A DNA stretch of 64,000 bases, from assembly GCA_020053595.1 (NCBI GenBank), contig JAGVMV010000006.1, forward strand, positions 49,325-113,324. Direction: 5' to 3'. The position numbers and the translations under genes were made by a program. Source of the DNA: Thermoleophilia bacterium (GTDB taxonomy: Bacteria; Actinomycetota; Thermoleophilia; BMS3ABIN01). The notes below the pieces were generated by a model. The model made no database searches and was not told the DNA's origin. It was given only the letters and a program-made list of their open reading frames with translations. Of the stretch, positions 1-10,936 are shown piece after piece (the stretch's first letter is position 1; each line of letters opens with the position of its first letter).

Positions 1-967
1 GCGGGAGCAGTTAGAGCAGTTCGAGGGCAAGGTCAAGATTGTCACCCAGAACACGATGATGCGCAAGCTGCTGGAAACCGCCCGGCAGATAGCGCCCACG
101 GACTGCAACGTGCTGATATCCGGCGAGTCGGGAACCGGTAAGGAACTGCTGGCGCGCTACATACACTTTGTCAGCAACAGAAGCGAGGGGTCGTTTTTCG
201 CCATCAACTGCGGCGCTCTCTCCGACGAATTGCTGACGAATGAGTTGTTCGGGCACGAGAAAGATGCTTTCACCGGCGCCACGAGCCGGAAAGAGGGCAT
301 CATCGAGGCAGCTTCGGGCGGCACCCTGTTCCTGGATGAGATCACGGAAATGTCCCCCGCCATGCAGGTCAAACTTCTGCGGGTACTCCAGGAGAAGGAA
401 TTGCTCAGGGTGGGCGGCACCGAGCCGGTTGAAGTCGACGTCAGGATTCTGGCGGCCTCGAACCGGAACATACATGAGGCCACCAAGGAGAAAGAGTTCC
501 GGCAGGATCTCTACTACAGGCTGAACGTGGTCTCACTCCACATTCCTCCCCTCTCCGAGCGGCGGGATGACATACCTCTTCTCTGCCAGTACTTTCTCAA
601 GAAGCATTCACTGTTAATGAAAAAGGAAGTTCGGGAGATCTCCTCTTCCGTTCTGGCGCTGCTGGCAAATTACGACTTTCCCGGGAATGTGAGAGAACTG
701 GAGAACATAATCGAAAGAGGAGTAGCCCTGGCGAACGGACACGCTATCGAGCTGGCTCACCTGCCTGACGATCTCAAGGATCTGGAGATTAAGACCTTCA
801 GGAAAAGAGAGGGCAGGTTCCCGTCCCTGGAAGAGCAGGAAATATCCTACATATTATGGGTACTGAAAGAGACTGGTGGTAACAAGTCTATGGCGGCGAA
901 CATCCTCGGCATCGATCGCGTATCTCTTTGGCGAAAGATAAAAAAATACGGCATGGAAGAAACCTGA
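1..967 (+). CDS. sigma-54-dependent transcriptional activator (NtrC family), 5'-truncated by window edge
   Basis: AAA+ sigma-54 interaction domain (GESGTGKE Walker A, GAFTGA motif) and a C-terminal Fis-type HTH. The reading frame is open to position 1, so the receiver/sensor part lies outside the window. Confidence 0.85.
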   Translation, partial: REQLEQFEGKVKIVTQNTMMRKLLETARQIAPTDCNVLISGESGTGKELLARYIHFVSNRSEGSFFAINCGALSDELLTNELFGHEKDAFTGATSRKEGIIEAASGGTLFLDEITEMSPAMQVKLLRVLQEKELLRVGGTEPVEVDVRILAASNRNIHEATKEKEFRQDLYYRLNVVSLHIPPLSERRDDIPLLCQYFLKKHSLLMKKEVREISSSVLALLANYDFPGNVRELENIIERGVALANGHAIELAHLPDDLKDLEIKTFRKREGRFPSLEEQEISYILWVLKETGGNKSMAANILGIDRVSLWRKIKKYGMEET

Positions 968-1072
968 CATCCGGGATCCGTGGTGAGTACTTCCCTTAAC
1001 CCCCGCAAATACATGCATTCAATTGTCGGCGCCGCAGTTTAAGTAGTACAATTCGCGTAGGTTCACTCACCG

Positions 1073-3133
1073 TTGGCAGCAGGCTCATCAGGCCGAGCGT
1101 TGCTACCGCTGATCTGGCCAACCCGCCAAGGAGCGCAGGTGAAGAGTAGCTGGCGTCTGCCTGTTGATCGCGTCACCATTCTTGTGGCGGCGACTACTTT
1201 CCCGCTGCTGGTTCTGACGCTGCTCATGGTGTTCCTGCCCTCGAGCCACTTCGTTATCCACAGCCCGGAACTTTCCACGGCTATCGAAAGTCTTTGCACA
1301 CTGATCGCCCTGGGAGCCTTCTATCTTTGCTACATCAGGTCCCGGGTCACCAACGAGCTCAGGCTGTTGCTTCTGGCGCTGGCCTTTCTCATCCTTGGCC
1401 TCTACAACCTCGTGGTAGCGCTTCTGGTGCCGGGCATGGGCAGCCGCTGGAATATCACTCCGGACCTGCTCACCTATTTCTGGCTCAGCGCGCGGCTCGC
1501 CTCAGCGCTATTGCTGATCGCCAGCCTTTGGGCCGGGTCCCGTACGGTATCCCGGCGCAAAGGCGGGATCGGGGTGGCCGCGGTCTTCTCGGTGGTCATC
1601 CTGCTGACCGTGTTGTTTTTCAACATGGATGTATCCGGCCTCCCCCGGCTGCTCAGCCCCAGCGGCTGGGACCTGGTACGGGAGGGACGGCCACCGGAAA
1701 TCCTCGGCGACATCACGACCCTGAGCGGGGCCTACCAGACCGTCATCAGTGCCTGCTTCCTGGTCGCCGGTATTGGTTACCTGGTGCTCTACCATCGGGA
1801 GCGGCGGCCTTTCTGGGGCTGGTTATCGGTTTCATTCGTGGCCGCTTTCTTTACCCAGGTGAACTTTCTGCTCTATCCCTCGATTTATCCCTCTGACGTT
1901 GTCACCGGCGACTTCCTGCGCCTCTTTTCCCGCATAGTCCTGTTCCTGGGGACGTATGCCGAGGTCACTTATTCATACCGTCGTCTCGAGGAGAGGAATC
2001 GGGAACTGAAGGCGCTGCAGGAAATCTCGATCCTCGGAATGGGATCGAGCGATGTCAAAAAGATCCTCGAGGGGATAACCGCAATCATCGAGAGGGTCAT
2101 TGATGCTGAAAAGGTAGTCATGCTGTTTCCGGATGAGGCAACGCAGGAGCTGGTGGCCGAGGGACCGGTTGTCGGTTTAAACGATGACCAGGGGGCCCGG
2201 TTGAGGATACCGCTTGCCGAAGAAGACTGTCTTGCCTGTGAAATTTTCAGAGGGGGAAAGGTTGCTTTTTCGAATGATATAAACGACGTCAGGATCGTAC
2301 CGAGGTTCAGGGAAATGCTGGATATACGCACTGTGATGATCGCACCCCTGCGGACCGCCACCAATACGATCGGTGTGATCAAGGTCATCAACCGGCGCGA
2401 GGGCGATTTTAGCGATGAACACGTGCGCTTGCTGTCCATCATTTCGTCGCGGGCGGCCATGGTCATCGAGAACGCGCGGCTTCGTGATGAGCTGGAAGCC
2501 TCGGCTGTTATCGCGGAGCGGACGCGACTGGCGCGCGAGATCCACGACGGCCTGGCCCAGAACCTGGGCTATCTGAACCTGAAGTTGCCGCAAGTGGTGG
2601 GGTTGGTAGAGAATGATACCGGCAAGGCGCTCGAGGAGCTGGGTTCCATGCGGCAGATCGTGCAGGAGAGCCTGACTGAAGCGCGGCAGGCGATCGTCGA
2701 TCTGCAGGCACCGGTTTCCAACAAGGATTTTCTGGAGACGGTCTCCGAATACGCCCGGGAGTTTACCAGGGCCACCGATGTCAGCGTGAACATTGTCTCT
2801 GAACAAAACGCGACGAAACTCAAACCGTTTGCCAGGGCCGAGATGTCCCGGATCGTCCAGGAGGCGCTCAACAACATACGACGCCACGCCGAAGCCAGCC
2901 GCGTGGATATCTCTTTCCAACAACTGAACGGGAATCTCAGAGTAGAGATAAAAGACGACGGCAGGGGGTTCTGGACGGAGGAGATTTTCAGTGGTGAGAA
3001 CCGCCGCAATTTCGGGGTGCGGAGCATGACGGGACGGGCCAAGCATCTCGGAGGCACGCTGGATATCAGGTCAAAACCGGGGGAAGGAACTGCCGTGCTG
3101 GTGGAAATCCCCCTGGAGAAGGGGGACGAATGA
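1073..3133 (+). CDS. membrane sensor histidine kinase with GAF domain (HisKA_3/NarX-like)
   Basis: Several N-terminal TM helices, a GAF-like domain, a HisKA_3 H-box (EIHDGLAQNL) and a HATPase_c domain. The start codon is uncertain: TTG at 1073 or an internal start. Confidence 0.8.
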   Translation: MAAGSSGRALLPLIWPTRQGAQVKSSWRLPVDRVTILVAATTFPLLVLTLLMVFLPSSHFVIHSPELSTAIESLCTLIALGAFYLCYIRSRVTNELRLLLLALAFLILGLYNLVVALLVPGMGSRWNITPDLLTYFWLSARLASALLLIASLWAGSRTVSRRKGGIGVAAVFSVVILLTVLFFNMDVSGLPRLLSPSGWDLVREGRPPEILGDITTLSGAYQTVISACFLVAGIGYLVLYHRERRPFWGWLSVSFVAAFFTQVNFLLYPSIYPSDVVTGDFLRLFSRIVLFLGTYAEVTYSYRRLEERNRELKALQEISILGMGSSDVKKILEGITAIIERVIDAEKVVMLFPDEATQELVAEGPVVGLNDDQGARLRIPLAEEDCLACEIFRGGKVAFSNDINDVRIVPRFREMLDIRTVMIAPLRTATNTIGVIKVINRREGDFSDEHVRLLSIISSRAAMVIENARLRDELEASAVIAERTRLAREIHDGLAQNLGYLNLKLPQVVGLVENDTGKALEELGSMRQIVQESLTEARQAIVDLQAPVSNKDFLETVSEYAREFTRATDVSVNIVSEQNATKLKPFARAEMSRIVQEALNNIRRHAEASRVDISFQQLNGNLRVEIKDDGRGFWTEEIFSGENRRNFGVRSMTGRAKHLGGTLDIRSKPGEGTAVLVEIPLEKGDE

Positions 3134-3780
3134 ACAAACTGAACATCATGCTCGTGGACGACCATGCCCTGTTTCGCAAGGGGCTCAGGGACGTCATCGC
3201 CCTGCAGGAGGACATGCGGGTTGTAGCGGAGGCGGTGGATGGCAGACAGGCCATCGAGATGGCCGTCAGAGCGCAGCCGGATCTTATCCTCATGGATGTG
3301 AACCTGCCCGGCTGCGATGGCATCGAGGCGACGCGGGCCATTTCGGAAAGGCTTGAATCGGTCAAGATCGTGATGCTCACCGTCTCGAGCCTGGATGAGC
3401 ATCTGTTCGAAGCAGTCAAGGCCGGCGCAATCGGTTATGTTACAAAAAATGTTTCCCCCGAGGCGCTGATACGCAACATCCGCGGGGTCCGGGAAGGGGA
3501 GGCGCCGCTCTCGCGGGCGATGACCGCCAAGATCCTGGAAAGCTTCCGCGCCGAAAAAAAAGTCAAAGCCGCCAACCGGGAGAACTCCATCACCAAGCGG
3601 GAGGCCGAGATTCTGGAGCTTCTGGCCCAGGGCGCCCGCGACCGGGAGATCGCCGAGCAACTCGGCATCGCCGAGAACACCGTAAAAAAACATGTGCAGA
3701 ACATTCTCCGCAAACTGCACGTCAATAACCGGACCGCGGCGGCCGCGGCAGCCGCCAGCCTGGCCCGGGAAAAAGAATAA
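3130..3780 (+). CDS. NarL/LuxR-family response regulator
   Basis: REC domain (MLVDDH...D) plus a C-terminal LuxR-type HTH. Overlaps the kinase stop by 4 nt. Confidence 0.9.
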   Translation: MNKLNIMLVDDHALFRKGLRDVIALQEDMRVVAEAVDGRQAIEMAVRAQPDLILMDVNLPGCDGIEATRAISERLESVKIVMLTVSSLDEHLFEAVKAGAIGYVTKNVSPEALIRNIRGVREGEAPLSRAMTAKILESFRAEKKVKAANRENSITKREAEILELLAQGARDREIAEQLGIAENTVKKHVQNILRKLHVNNRTAAAAAAASLAREKE

Positions 3781-3865
3781 GAATATTTGGACGTTTTCAA
3801 TACCTGCCTTCTGTTTCCGGGCGCCGCCGGCAGCAATCATCTTCGGCAGAGCCACGCATTGGCAG

Positions 3866-5107
3866 TTACTGCGAAGTTTGCTTGTCCGGTCTCTTTCTCC
3901 CCGAAGGTTTTCCAGCTATCGCCAGCAAAACCAGTCCTGCCAGGCCGGAGACGGTTGATCCTGCCAGCACGCCTATTTTGGACACCGTCAGCTGCCCAGG
4001 ATTCTCGAAGGCCAGCAGGGAGATGAAAAGCGACATGGTGAAACCGATACCGGCGAGACAGGCGGCGCCATGCAGTTGCCGCCAGGAGACCGATGGCGGC
4101 AGAGACCCCAATCGCAGGCGTACGGCAAGCCAGGAAAAAAAGACCACCCCGATCTGTTTGCCGAGAAACAGCCCCAGAACGATACCCAGCCCGATCGGAT
4201 CGCCGAGGGATTGCAGGGGGTTTTTTTCAAGATGGATACCGGCGTTCGCCAGGGCGAAAAGGGGCACGATCAAATATGCGGCCCATGGCTGCAGCACACG
4301 CTCCAGTTGCAACAGGGGTGGCTCCCGATCGTGTTTTGATCCGGATGGGACAACCAGCGCCAGCAGCACACCGGCGATGGTCGCGTGCACCCCGGATTTC
4401 AGAAAGGCCAGCCAGATACCCAGACCCACCACCAGGTACACGGAGGTCATGCGCACTCCCAGCCGGTTCAACAACAGCAGCAGGACGAACAATATAAGGC
4501 CCGCACCCAGAGCCGGCCATGAGATGGACCCGGTGTAAAAAAAGGCTATGATGATAACGGCGCCAATATCATCAATTATCGCCAGGGCGGTCAAAAAAAC
4601 CTTGATGCCGAGAGGTATGCGTTTCCCCAGCAGGGCGAGGACGCCTATAGCCAGCGCGATATCCGTGGCCATGGGGATACCCCAGCCCCGCGCTCCGGCT
4701 CCACTGGCATTGAGCGCGAAGAAAATGGTCGCGGGCACGAGCATGCCCCCAACGGCGGCGATTGCTGGCAGCATCGCCTGTTTTCGGGATGAGAGTTCGC
4801 CAGCCAGCAGTTCCCGCTTAATCTCCAGCCCGACGACAAGGAAGAATACCGCCATCAATCCCTCGTTGATCCACAGATGAAGGGATTCTTGCGGCAGCAG
4901 GCTTCCTAAGCCCAGGGGGATTTCAGTCTGCCAGAGCGATTCATAAGCATCGGGCCAAAGGTTTGCCCAGGCCAGGGCGATGGCGACCGCGGCAAGCAGG
5001 ATAATCCCGCTTGAAGCCTCGGTTTGGAAAAAACGCCGGAATGGGCGCCAGATGATTTTATAAGGCGTGGTGACCGTCCTTATCAATAATTTGTCACATG
5101 GTATCAA
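3866..5107 (-). CDS. nhaA: Na+/H+ antiporter NhaA
   Basis: NhaA-family N-terminus (RFFQTEASSGIILLAAVAIALAWAN), about 12 TM helices and the expected length. Confidence 0.88.
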   Translation of the reverse strand: MIPCDKLLIRTVTTPYKIIWRPFRRFFQTEASSGIILLAAVAIALAWANLWPDAYESLWQTEIPLGLGSLLPQESLHLWINEGLMAVFFLVVGLEIKRELLAGELSSRKQAMLPAIAAVGGMLVPATIFFALNASGAGARGWGIPMATDIALAIGVLALLGKRIPLGIKVFLTALAIIDDIGAVIIIAFFYTGSISWPALGAGLILFVLLLLLNRLGVRMTSVYLVVGLGIWLAFLKSGVHATIAGVLLALVVPSGSKHDREPPLLQLERVLQPWAAYLIVPLFALANAGIHLEKNPLQSLGDPIGLGIVLGLFLGKQIGVVFFSWLAVRLRLGSLPPSVSWRQLHGAACLAGIGFTMSLFISLLAFENPGQLTVSKIGVLAGSTVSGLAGLVLLAIAGKPSGRKRPDKQTSQ

Positions 5108-5210
5108 AGCCTATGATGCAATGCCCGGGGCGATTTGTTCATTAATAGTGATTAGTATTGTTACGAATGAGGAAAATAGACATTAACCTGTAAATCCCAA
5201 AGGAGGGAAA

Positions 5211-5651
5211 ATGAGCAAGATTCTGGTTCCCGTTGACGGCAGTCCGTCATCGAAAAAGGCGGCCGACGCCGCCGTGGAGCTGGCCGCCATGACGGGAGAT
5301 GACATAGTAGCCCTGAGGGTTATAGATGTGGAGAATTACACCGGCCAGTGGGAGTTCATGCGTGACAAGGTCGAGGAGGAACTAAATCGCGACGCCAACT
5401 CCATTCTTGATGATGTCGAGGAGCGCGGCGCCAAAAAGAACATCAAGGTGGAGAAGGTGATCCGGTACGGGGACGCTTCTTTTGAGATCATCGCTCACGC
5501 CAGGGAGAACAGGGCCAGCGTCAGCTCGATCATGATGGGATCCGCGGGCCGTCGCGGCATCGCTCGTTCCTTCGTGGGCAGCACCGCCTCGCGTGTGGTC
5601 CGGCAGGTCGGCGCTGAGGTGCCCTGCCCCGTCACTATAGTTCCCGCTTAG
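5211..5651 (+). CDS. universal stress protein (UspA family)
   Basis: ILVPVDGS...A start and a C-terminal GSxGRxG ATP-binding motif, 146 aa. Confidence 0.85.
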   Translation: MSKILVPVDGSPSSKKAADAAVELAAMTGDDIVALRVIDVENYTGQWEFMRDKVEEELNRDANSILDDVEERGAKKNIKVEKVIRYGDASFEIIAHARENRASVSSIMMGSAGRRGIARSFVGSTASRVVRQVGAEVPCPVTIVPA

Positions 5652-5657
5652 CAGCCG

Positions 5658-6650
5658 CTAATTCGCGGTGTGGCCGGCCAGGCGGCGTTCGTCGTCCAAA
5701 AGCCCCAGGAAAGATTCGACCACGTCGGGATCCCACTGATTGCCGGCATCGCGCCGGAGGGTACTCGTGACCTGCCTTTGTGACATGGGCGGCCGGTAAG
5801 GGCGTGGCGAGGTCATGGCGTCGTAGGCGTCGGCGACGGCTATGATCCGCGCCTCGATGGGTATTTCCTCGCCGGACAGCCGGTCGGGATAACCATCGCC
5901 GTCGAAACGCTCCTGGTGATGGCGTATGACGGTAAGGAGCAGGTTGGCCGAGCGTAGCAGCTTGCAGATCTTTTCGCCGATGGCCGGGTGTTCCTGGACG
6001 GCGATGCGTTCAGTGTCCGTGAGTGCCCCCGGTTTCTGCAGGATGGTCTCGCTGATACCGATTTTGCCGATGTCGTGGAGGATGCCGGCGTTTCGTATCA
6101 CATCCACCTGTTCATTCAGAAGCCCCATCCGCTCGGCGATGCGGGCTCCGTACTCAGCCACCCTTTCCGAATGTCCCCGCGTGTAGGGATCATTGGCCTC
6201 GATGGCAAGCGCCAGCGTATAGATGACATCCCGGGCGCTTTCCAGGTCCTCATTCAGATGCCTGGTTCTGAGCAGGGACTTCACCCGAAGCAACAACTCC
6301 AGTTTTTCCACGGGCTTGGAGAGAAACTCATCAGCTCCCGCATCGAAACCCTTGACCTTGTCATCGATCTCGGTGAGCGCCGTCAACAAAATCACCGGGA
6401 TGCGGCTGGTGTCGTGGCAATCCTTGATTTTTTCACAGACCTGATAGCCGTTCAGGCCGGGCATCATCACATCGAGAATGATGAGATCGGGCTGCTCGTC
6501 CTTTTCCAGCTTCGCCAGGGCTTCGAGACCATCATAGGCGGCGATGACTTCATAACCGGCGGCGGTCAGGTAAGCTTCGAGCAGTTGCACGTTCTGGGGG
6601 CTATCGTCGACGATCAGGATCGTGTCCGTCTGGTTGTTGCCTTTTGTCAC
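5658..6650 (-). CDS. response regulator with HD-GYP phosphodiesterase domain
   Basis: N-terminal REC domain and a C-terminal HD-GYP domain (HD...HHERFDGDGYP). Confidence 0.85.
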   Translation of the reverse strand: MTKGNNQTDTILIVDDSPQNVQLLEAYLTAAGYEVIAAYDGLEALAKLEKDEQPDLIILDVMMPGLNGYQVCEKIKDCHDTSRIPVILLTALTEIDDKVKGFDAGADEFLSKPVEKLELLLRVKSLLRTRHLNEDLESARDVIYTLALAIEANDPYTRGHSERVAEYGARIAERMGLLNEQVDVIRNAGILHDIGKIGISETILQKPGALTDTERIAVQEHPAIGEKICKLLRSANLLLTVIRHHQERFDGDGYPDRLSGEEIPIEARIIAVADAYDAMTSPRPYRPPMSQRQVTSTLRRDAGNQWDPDVVESFLGLLDDERRLAGHTAN

Positions 6651-7042
6651 TGCTCCTCTTTCTTTTCCGCTGACTTGCCCAGAAAACCGGCGATAACGCC
6701 GGGGAATTCCCGTGTGTTGATCGGCTTTGGTATATAGCCGCTACAGCCCGCCTCACGGGCCTTTTCCTCGTCGCCGAGCATGGCGTGGGCAGTCAGGGCG
6801 ACGACGATAATATGCTTTGTGCTCTCGCCCTGCTTTAGCAGGCGTGTCGCTTCGAGGCCGTCCATTTCCGGCAGCTGTAAATCCATCAGGATCAGGTCCG
6901 GCTGCTCCCGTTCAGCAACTTCCAGAGCTTCGCGACCGCCTTTGGCTTGTACGACCCGATATCCATGAGCCTCGAGGAGGTCGCTGGCCAGCTCGAGGTT
7001 CATCTGGTTGTCTTCCACGACCAGTATCTTTTCCCCGCTCAT
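6647..7042 (-). CDS. single-domain CheY-like response regulator
   Basis: REC domain only. Overlaps the downstream gene by 4 nt, consistent with an operon. Confidence 0.8.
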   Translation of the reverse strand: MSGEKILVVEDNQMNLELASDLLEAHGYRVVQAKGGREALEVAEREQPDLILMDLQLPEMDGLEATRLLKQGESTKHIIVVALTAHAMLGDEEKAREAGCSGYIPKPINTREFPGVIAGFLGKSAEKKEEQ

Positions 7043-7096
7043 GGGCGACCCAAACTGTCAGGCGCGGGCTGTTCCCATCGATTTCCGTGCATACGA

Positions 7097-9052
7097 TTAA
7101 TCAACAGGTCCGTCTTTCTGGCGCGATGAGTACAGCGAGCGGCTCTCCAGCCGGCAAAGCAGTTCTTTCTTCTCGATCGGTTTCACGAAACAGTCGAAAG
7201 CGCCCAGCTCCCTGGCCCTCCGGCTGCGTTCCAGGATGGAGATTACTATTACCGGGATATCTTTCGTCTCCGGGTCGGCTTTAAGTTCCTGCAACACCTG
7301 CCAGCCGTCCACTTTGGGCAATAGAATGTCCAGAGTAATGACATAAGGTTTAAGTTCCTTCGCCAGCCTGAGCGCCTGCTCGCCGTCGAAGGCGCGGGCT
7401 ACGCGGTAACTGGCTTCGCCCAGCCAGAGCCCGAGCAGCTCGCTGGTCTGCAGGTCGTCCTCGACCACCAGTACCAGCTGTTGGCCCGGCGTTGTCTCGG
7501 GTTCGATGAAAGGCTCCGGCATCGCCCCCCTTTGCCAGTCCGTCGACCGCCTGCGGCCCGGGGTGACCGGCAGGCTGAAGGTGAACCTGCTGCCCTTGCC
7601 CAGCTCACTTTGCACCCAGATCCGGCCACCGTGCAGCTCGACAAGTTTTTTACTGAGCGCCAGGCCGACTCCCGTGCCCTCGTATTTGCGCGTGTGGGCG
7701 CTATCCAGCTGCTGAAACATGGAAAAGATCTTTTTCTGGTCATCCTGGCTGATGCCGATACCGGTGTCCGTGACGGATATCTCGACAATGTTCTCAACAG
7801 CCGCGGCCTCCAGGATGACGCGCCCGCCTTCTGGCGTGAACTTGATCGCGTTGCTGACCAAATTATATAGTATCCGCTTGATTTTGGCGGCGTCTGCCTG
7901 GACCAATGGTAGCGAATCCGAAGGCTGTACTTCCAGCCTGACGCGCCGTTGAGCGGCGAAAGGATGTCCGAGCTTGCGGATGTCTTCCATCACCTGGGGG
8001 ATGGAGAGGTCCTCCTGGGCCAGCTCCTCGTCCTCGGAGCTGATCTTGGCAAGGTCGAGGATGTCGTTGATCAGCTGCAGCAGGCGCCGGCCGCTGGTCT
8101 CGATGTTGACCAGGTATTGTTCCTCCCGGTCGCCAAACTTGTTCTCGCCCATGTCCATCAGCACCTCGGAGAAGCCGATTATGGCGTTCAGCGGCGTGCG
8201 CAGCTCGTGGCTCATCACCGAGAGGAACTCAGATTTAAGGCGGTTGGCCTCCAGCAGGTTAAGATTGACCAGCCGCAGGTTGTTCTGGGAATCCTTGAGG
8301 TTGTCGGCCATCTTGTTGAAGCTGTCGGCCATGTCACCGACCTCGTCTCTGGATTTCACCCGGATCCGTTCGCTCAGGTCACCCTCGGCGATATTGTGGA
8401 TGACGCTGACTACCTGCCGGAGCGGTTTGAGGACGGTCGTCCGCAGGGCAAACCACAATACGAACAACAGGGCTGTGACGCCGGAGATGAAAACCAGGGC
8501 CATGCGGGCCTTGTCATCCCAGACTGCCTGATCAATGCTGGCCATCGAGGTGGATACCAGCACGGCTCCACGCAGTGGCAGGTTGTCATTGTGGCATTGC
8601 TGGCAGGTGGCCTCATTGAGCAGCGGCCTGACCTGTACCAGGTATTGGCCGCTTTCGCGCTCCTCGTAATATTGCGTCGGGTCGCCGGTCCGCAACACGC
8701 CCTGGATCTCGTTATTGGCCTCCGCATGGACCCCGGTGCCGCCGAATACCTCGTAACCACGGTTGGAGAAAACCTCGATCCGGTCGACCTCGGGAGAGCC
8801 GCGGAGTTTATCCAGGGCATTGGTGGCGACCATTCCTTTTTCCGCCAGCATCGTGTTGGCGATGCTGTTGCCCACATTGACGCTCAACTGCTCCGTGCTC
8901 AACTCTTTCTGATAATGCAGGTCCCGGGAATCGCTACTCACGTCGAACCAGGCGAAAAGACCGAAGCCAATAATGATAACCGCCATTACCAGGCTCAGTA
9001 TCTTGGCCTCCAGGCTTCTCTCCAGCGGGTTGTGGAATCTGCCCGGCGTCAT
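7097..9052 (-). CDS. hybrid sensor histidine kinase; periplasmic domain carries a CxxCH heme-binding motif
   Basis: TM, a ~150-aa extracytoplasmic domain containing CQQCH, TM, HAMP, HisKA (SHELRTPLN), HATPase_c and a C-terminal REC domain. Confidence 0.85.
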   Translation of the reverse strand: MTPGRFHNPLERSLEAKILSLVMAVIIIGFGLFAWFDVSSDSRDLHYQKELSTEQLSVNVGNSIANTMLAEKGMVATNALDKLRGSPEVDRIEVFSNRGYEVFGGTGVHAEANNEIQGVLRTGDPTQYYEERESGQYLVQVRPLLNEATCQQCHNDNLPLRGAVLVSTSMASIDQAVWDDKARMALVFISGVTALLFVLWFALRTTVLKPLRQVVSVIHNIAEGDLSERIRVKSRDEVGDMADSFNKMADNLKDSQNNLRLVNLNLLEANRLKSEFLSVMSHELRTPLNAIIGFSEVLMDMGENKFGDREEQYLVNIETSGRRLLQLINDILDLAKISSEDEELAQEDLSIPQVMEDIRKLGHPFAAQRRVRLEVQPSDSLPLVQADAAKIKRILYNLVSNAIKFTPEGGRVILEAAAVENIVEISVTDTGIGISQDDQKKIFSMFQQLDSAHTRKYEGTGVGLALSKKLVELHGGRIWVQSELGKGSRFTFSLPVTPGRRRSTDWQRGAMPEPFIEPETTPGQQLVLVVEDDLQTSELLGLWLGEASYRVARAFDGEQALRLAKELKPYVITLDILLPKVDGWQVLQELKADPETKDIPVIVISILERSRRARELGAFDCFVKPIEKKELLCRLESRSLYSSRQKDGPVD

Positions 9053-10629
9053 GCGTCATCCCTGTAGTCCGGGATCAGGTCCGGGATGGTGAAGGTGAAG
9101 CGGCTGCCCATGCCGGGTGAACTTTGCACCCAGATCCGTCCGCCATGCAACTCGACCAGTTTTTTGGTCAGGGCCAGTCCCAGGCCGGTGCCCTCGTACT
9201 TGCGCGCGTAGGAGCCCTCGACCTGCAGGAATTCCGAAAAGATGCGCTGCTGGTCTTTTTCACCGATGCCGATGCCGGTATCCGTTACCGATATCTCCAT
9301 AACGCCGTCGCGATGGATGGACTCGATGGCGACTTCGCCTCCCGCGGGCGTGAACTTGATGGCATTGCTGAGCAGGTTGTAGAGGATCTGCTTGACGCGG
9401 GCCGGATCGGCTGTCACAAGTTCGACGCCGGGGTCCGGTTCGATTGAAAGGCGGATGGATTTCTTTGCCGCCAGCGGCTCGACTATGTTTTGGACTACCG
9501 CCATGGCGTCGGGTAGTAACATGGGTACGGGGCGGACTTCGATGGTGCCGGACTCCACCTTGGCCAGGTCGAGGATGTCATTGATCAACTGCAACAGGTG
9601 CCTGCTGGAGACGACGATGTTGCCGACATACTGCACCTGCTTCGGGTTGAGGTTGCCGTAGGTCTCATCTTCCAGGAGCTCGGAAAAACCGATGATCGAG
9701 TTCAGCGGCGTTCGCAGTTCGTGACTCATGGTCGCCAGGAATTGCGACTTCAGCCGGTTGGCGGTCTCCAGTTGTTTGTTGGTCAGCTGCAGCTCCTGTT
9801 CCCGCGACTGCAGGTTCTGGTTCACCTGTTCCAGTTCGTCAACCTTGCCCAGAATCTCCTGGCTTTGCACTTCCAGGGATTCGGTCATGCGGTTGACCGA
9901 GCGCCCAAGCTCGCCCAGTTCATCCCTGGAATTGATGGTGACTCTTTGGCCGAAGTCGCCTCTGGCTACCGCCTGGGTAAGCCTGGCCAGCCTGGCTACC
10001 GGCTTTACCATGTAGAAGTTAAGGCTGAGATAGAGCAGCACCAGCAACGCGACGACTCCCAGGCCACCGATGAACAGGAACTTGGTCTGCTGATCGCTTA
10101 TCAGGGCGTCCCGGGGTTCGAGGTACATGTAAATACCGATGGTCGCCATCGGTTTGCCATCGACTGTCAGAGGGGCGACCGCCTCGATAACCTTGCGGCC
10201 GTCCTTTTCACTCTCGGCGTGGGTCGCCTGGTTGGTTTCCAGCGGCGCGTAGTCCTCGGGGTCCGCGACCTCGCCGATCTGGCCGCGGTCGGTGCTGGCG
10301 ATTCGGATGATCTCGCCATCCTGAGGCGCGTAGACAGATATTTTGTGAATATCCGGGTTGAGTTCGTCGAGCTTTTCGATCTCGCTTTGAAAGTGTTGGT
10401 AGCTGATCTCCTCCGTGGAGTTGGTGTCGGCGCTGAAGAACTGGGCTGCGAGGGTGGCGCGCTCTTCGAAGTCTTCGTTGATTGTCGTGCTGAGAGTGTT
10501 GATGGAGATGTAGACGATCCCGCCGATGATCGGGATGCACATGGCCGCCAGCAGCAGCAGGATCTTCGCGCGCAGGCCGAACCGTTTCTTGAGGGAAACC
10601 TGGCCGGTATCTTCAGGGGCTGCTTTCAT
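9049..10629 (-). CDS. sensor histidine kinase (periplasmic sensor, HAMP, HisKA, HATPase)
   Basis: Two TM helices around a ~170-aa sensor domain, then HAMP, a coiled coil, HisKA and HATPase_c. Overlaps the next gene by 4 nt. Confidence 0.85.
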   Translation of the reverse strand: MKAAPEDTGQVSLKKRFGLRAKILLLLAAMCIPIIGGIVYISINTLSTTINEDFEERATLAAQFFSADTNSTEEISYQHFQSEIEKLDELNPDIHKISVYAPQDGEIIRIASTDRGQIGEVADPEDYAPLETNQATHAESEKDGRKVIEAVAPLTVDGKPMATIGIYMYLEPRDALISDQQTKFLFIGGLGVVALLVLLYLSLNFYMVKPVARLARLTQAVARGDFGQRVTINSRDELGELGRSVNRMTESLEVQSQEILGKVDELEQVNQNLQSREQELQLTNKQLETANRLKSQFLATMSHELRTPLNSIIGFSELLEDETYGNLNPKQVQYVGNIVVSSRHLLQLINDILDLAKVESGTIEVRPVPMLLPDAMAVVQNIVEPLAAKKSIRLSIEPDPGVELVTADPARVKQILYNLLSNAIKFTPAGGEVAIESIHRDGVMEISVTDTGIGIGEKDQQRIFSEFLQVEGSYARKYEGTGLGLALTKKLVELHGGRIWVQSSPGMGSRFTFTIPDLIPDYRDDA

Positions 10630-10936
10630 GGTCGAAAGAGACTGTCCTTTGGCTTTGACGACGAGTATCCCTGAATACGGGATCGAGCGGGCAAAAACCT
10701 TTTCGGAAGCGGGGAATAATTACTGAGAATACTGTGTTTGAGCGGGAGCTGTGGTAGAATTCCGCTTCACACCATGGGTGCTGACAGGTCAAAGTATACC
10801 ACAGCAGTTCCAGTTATCCCTGGGGCTCGGGAGACACGTTTCGGGCCAGTGCTTGTGACGCAGCTCCTTGTCGCCGGCGGTGTTGGAATCGATGCTGAGT
10901 TGTGCTCAAACCTGTACCAAATGCAGACAATAAGCT

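Noticed and set aside
2569-3855. 428-aa minus-strand ORF, and many similar long ORFs such as 16476..17345, 17349..17948, 18108..19019, 29108..30853, 47504..48532, 50000..51343, 53064..53864 and 9598..10674.
   Set aside because: They lie antisense to well-supported genes and have low-complexity Arg/Gly/Pro-rich translations. These are typical high-GC antisense artefacts.
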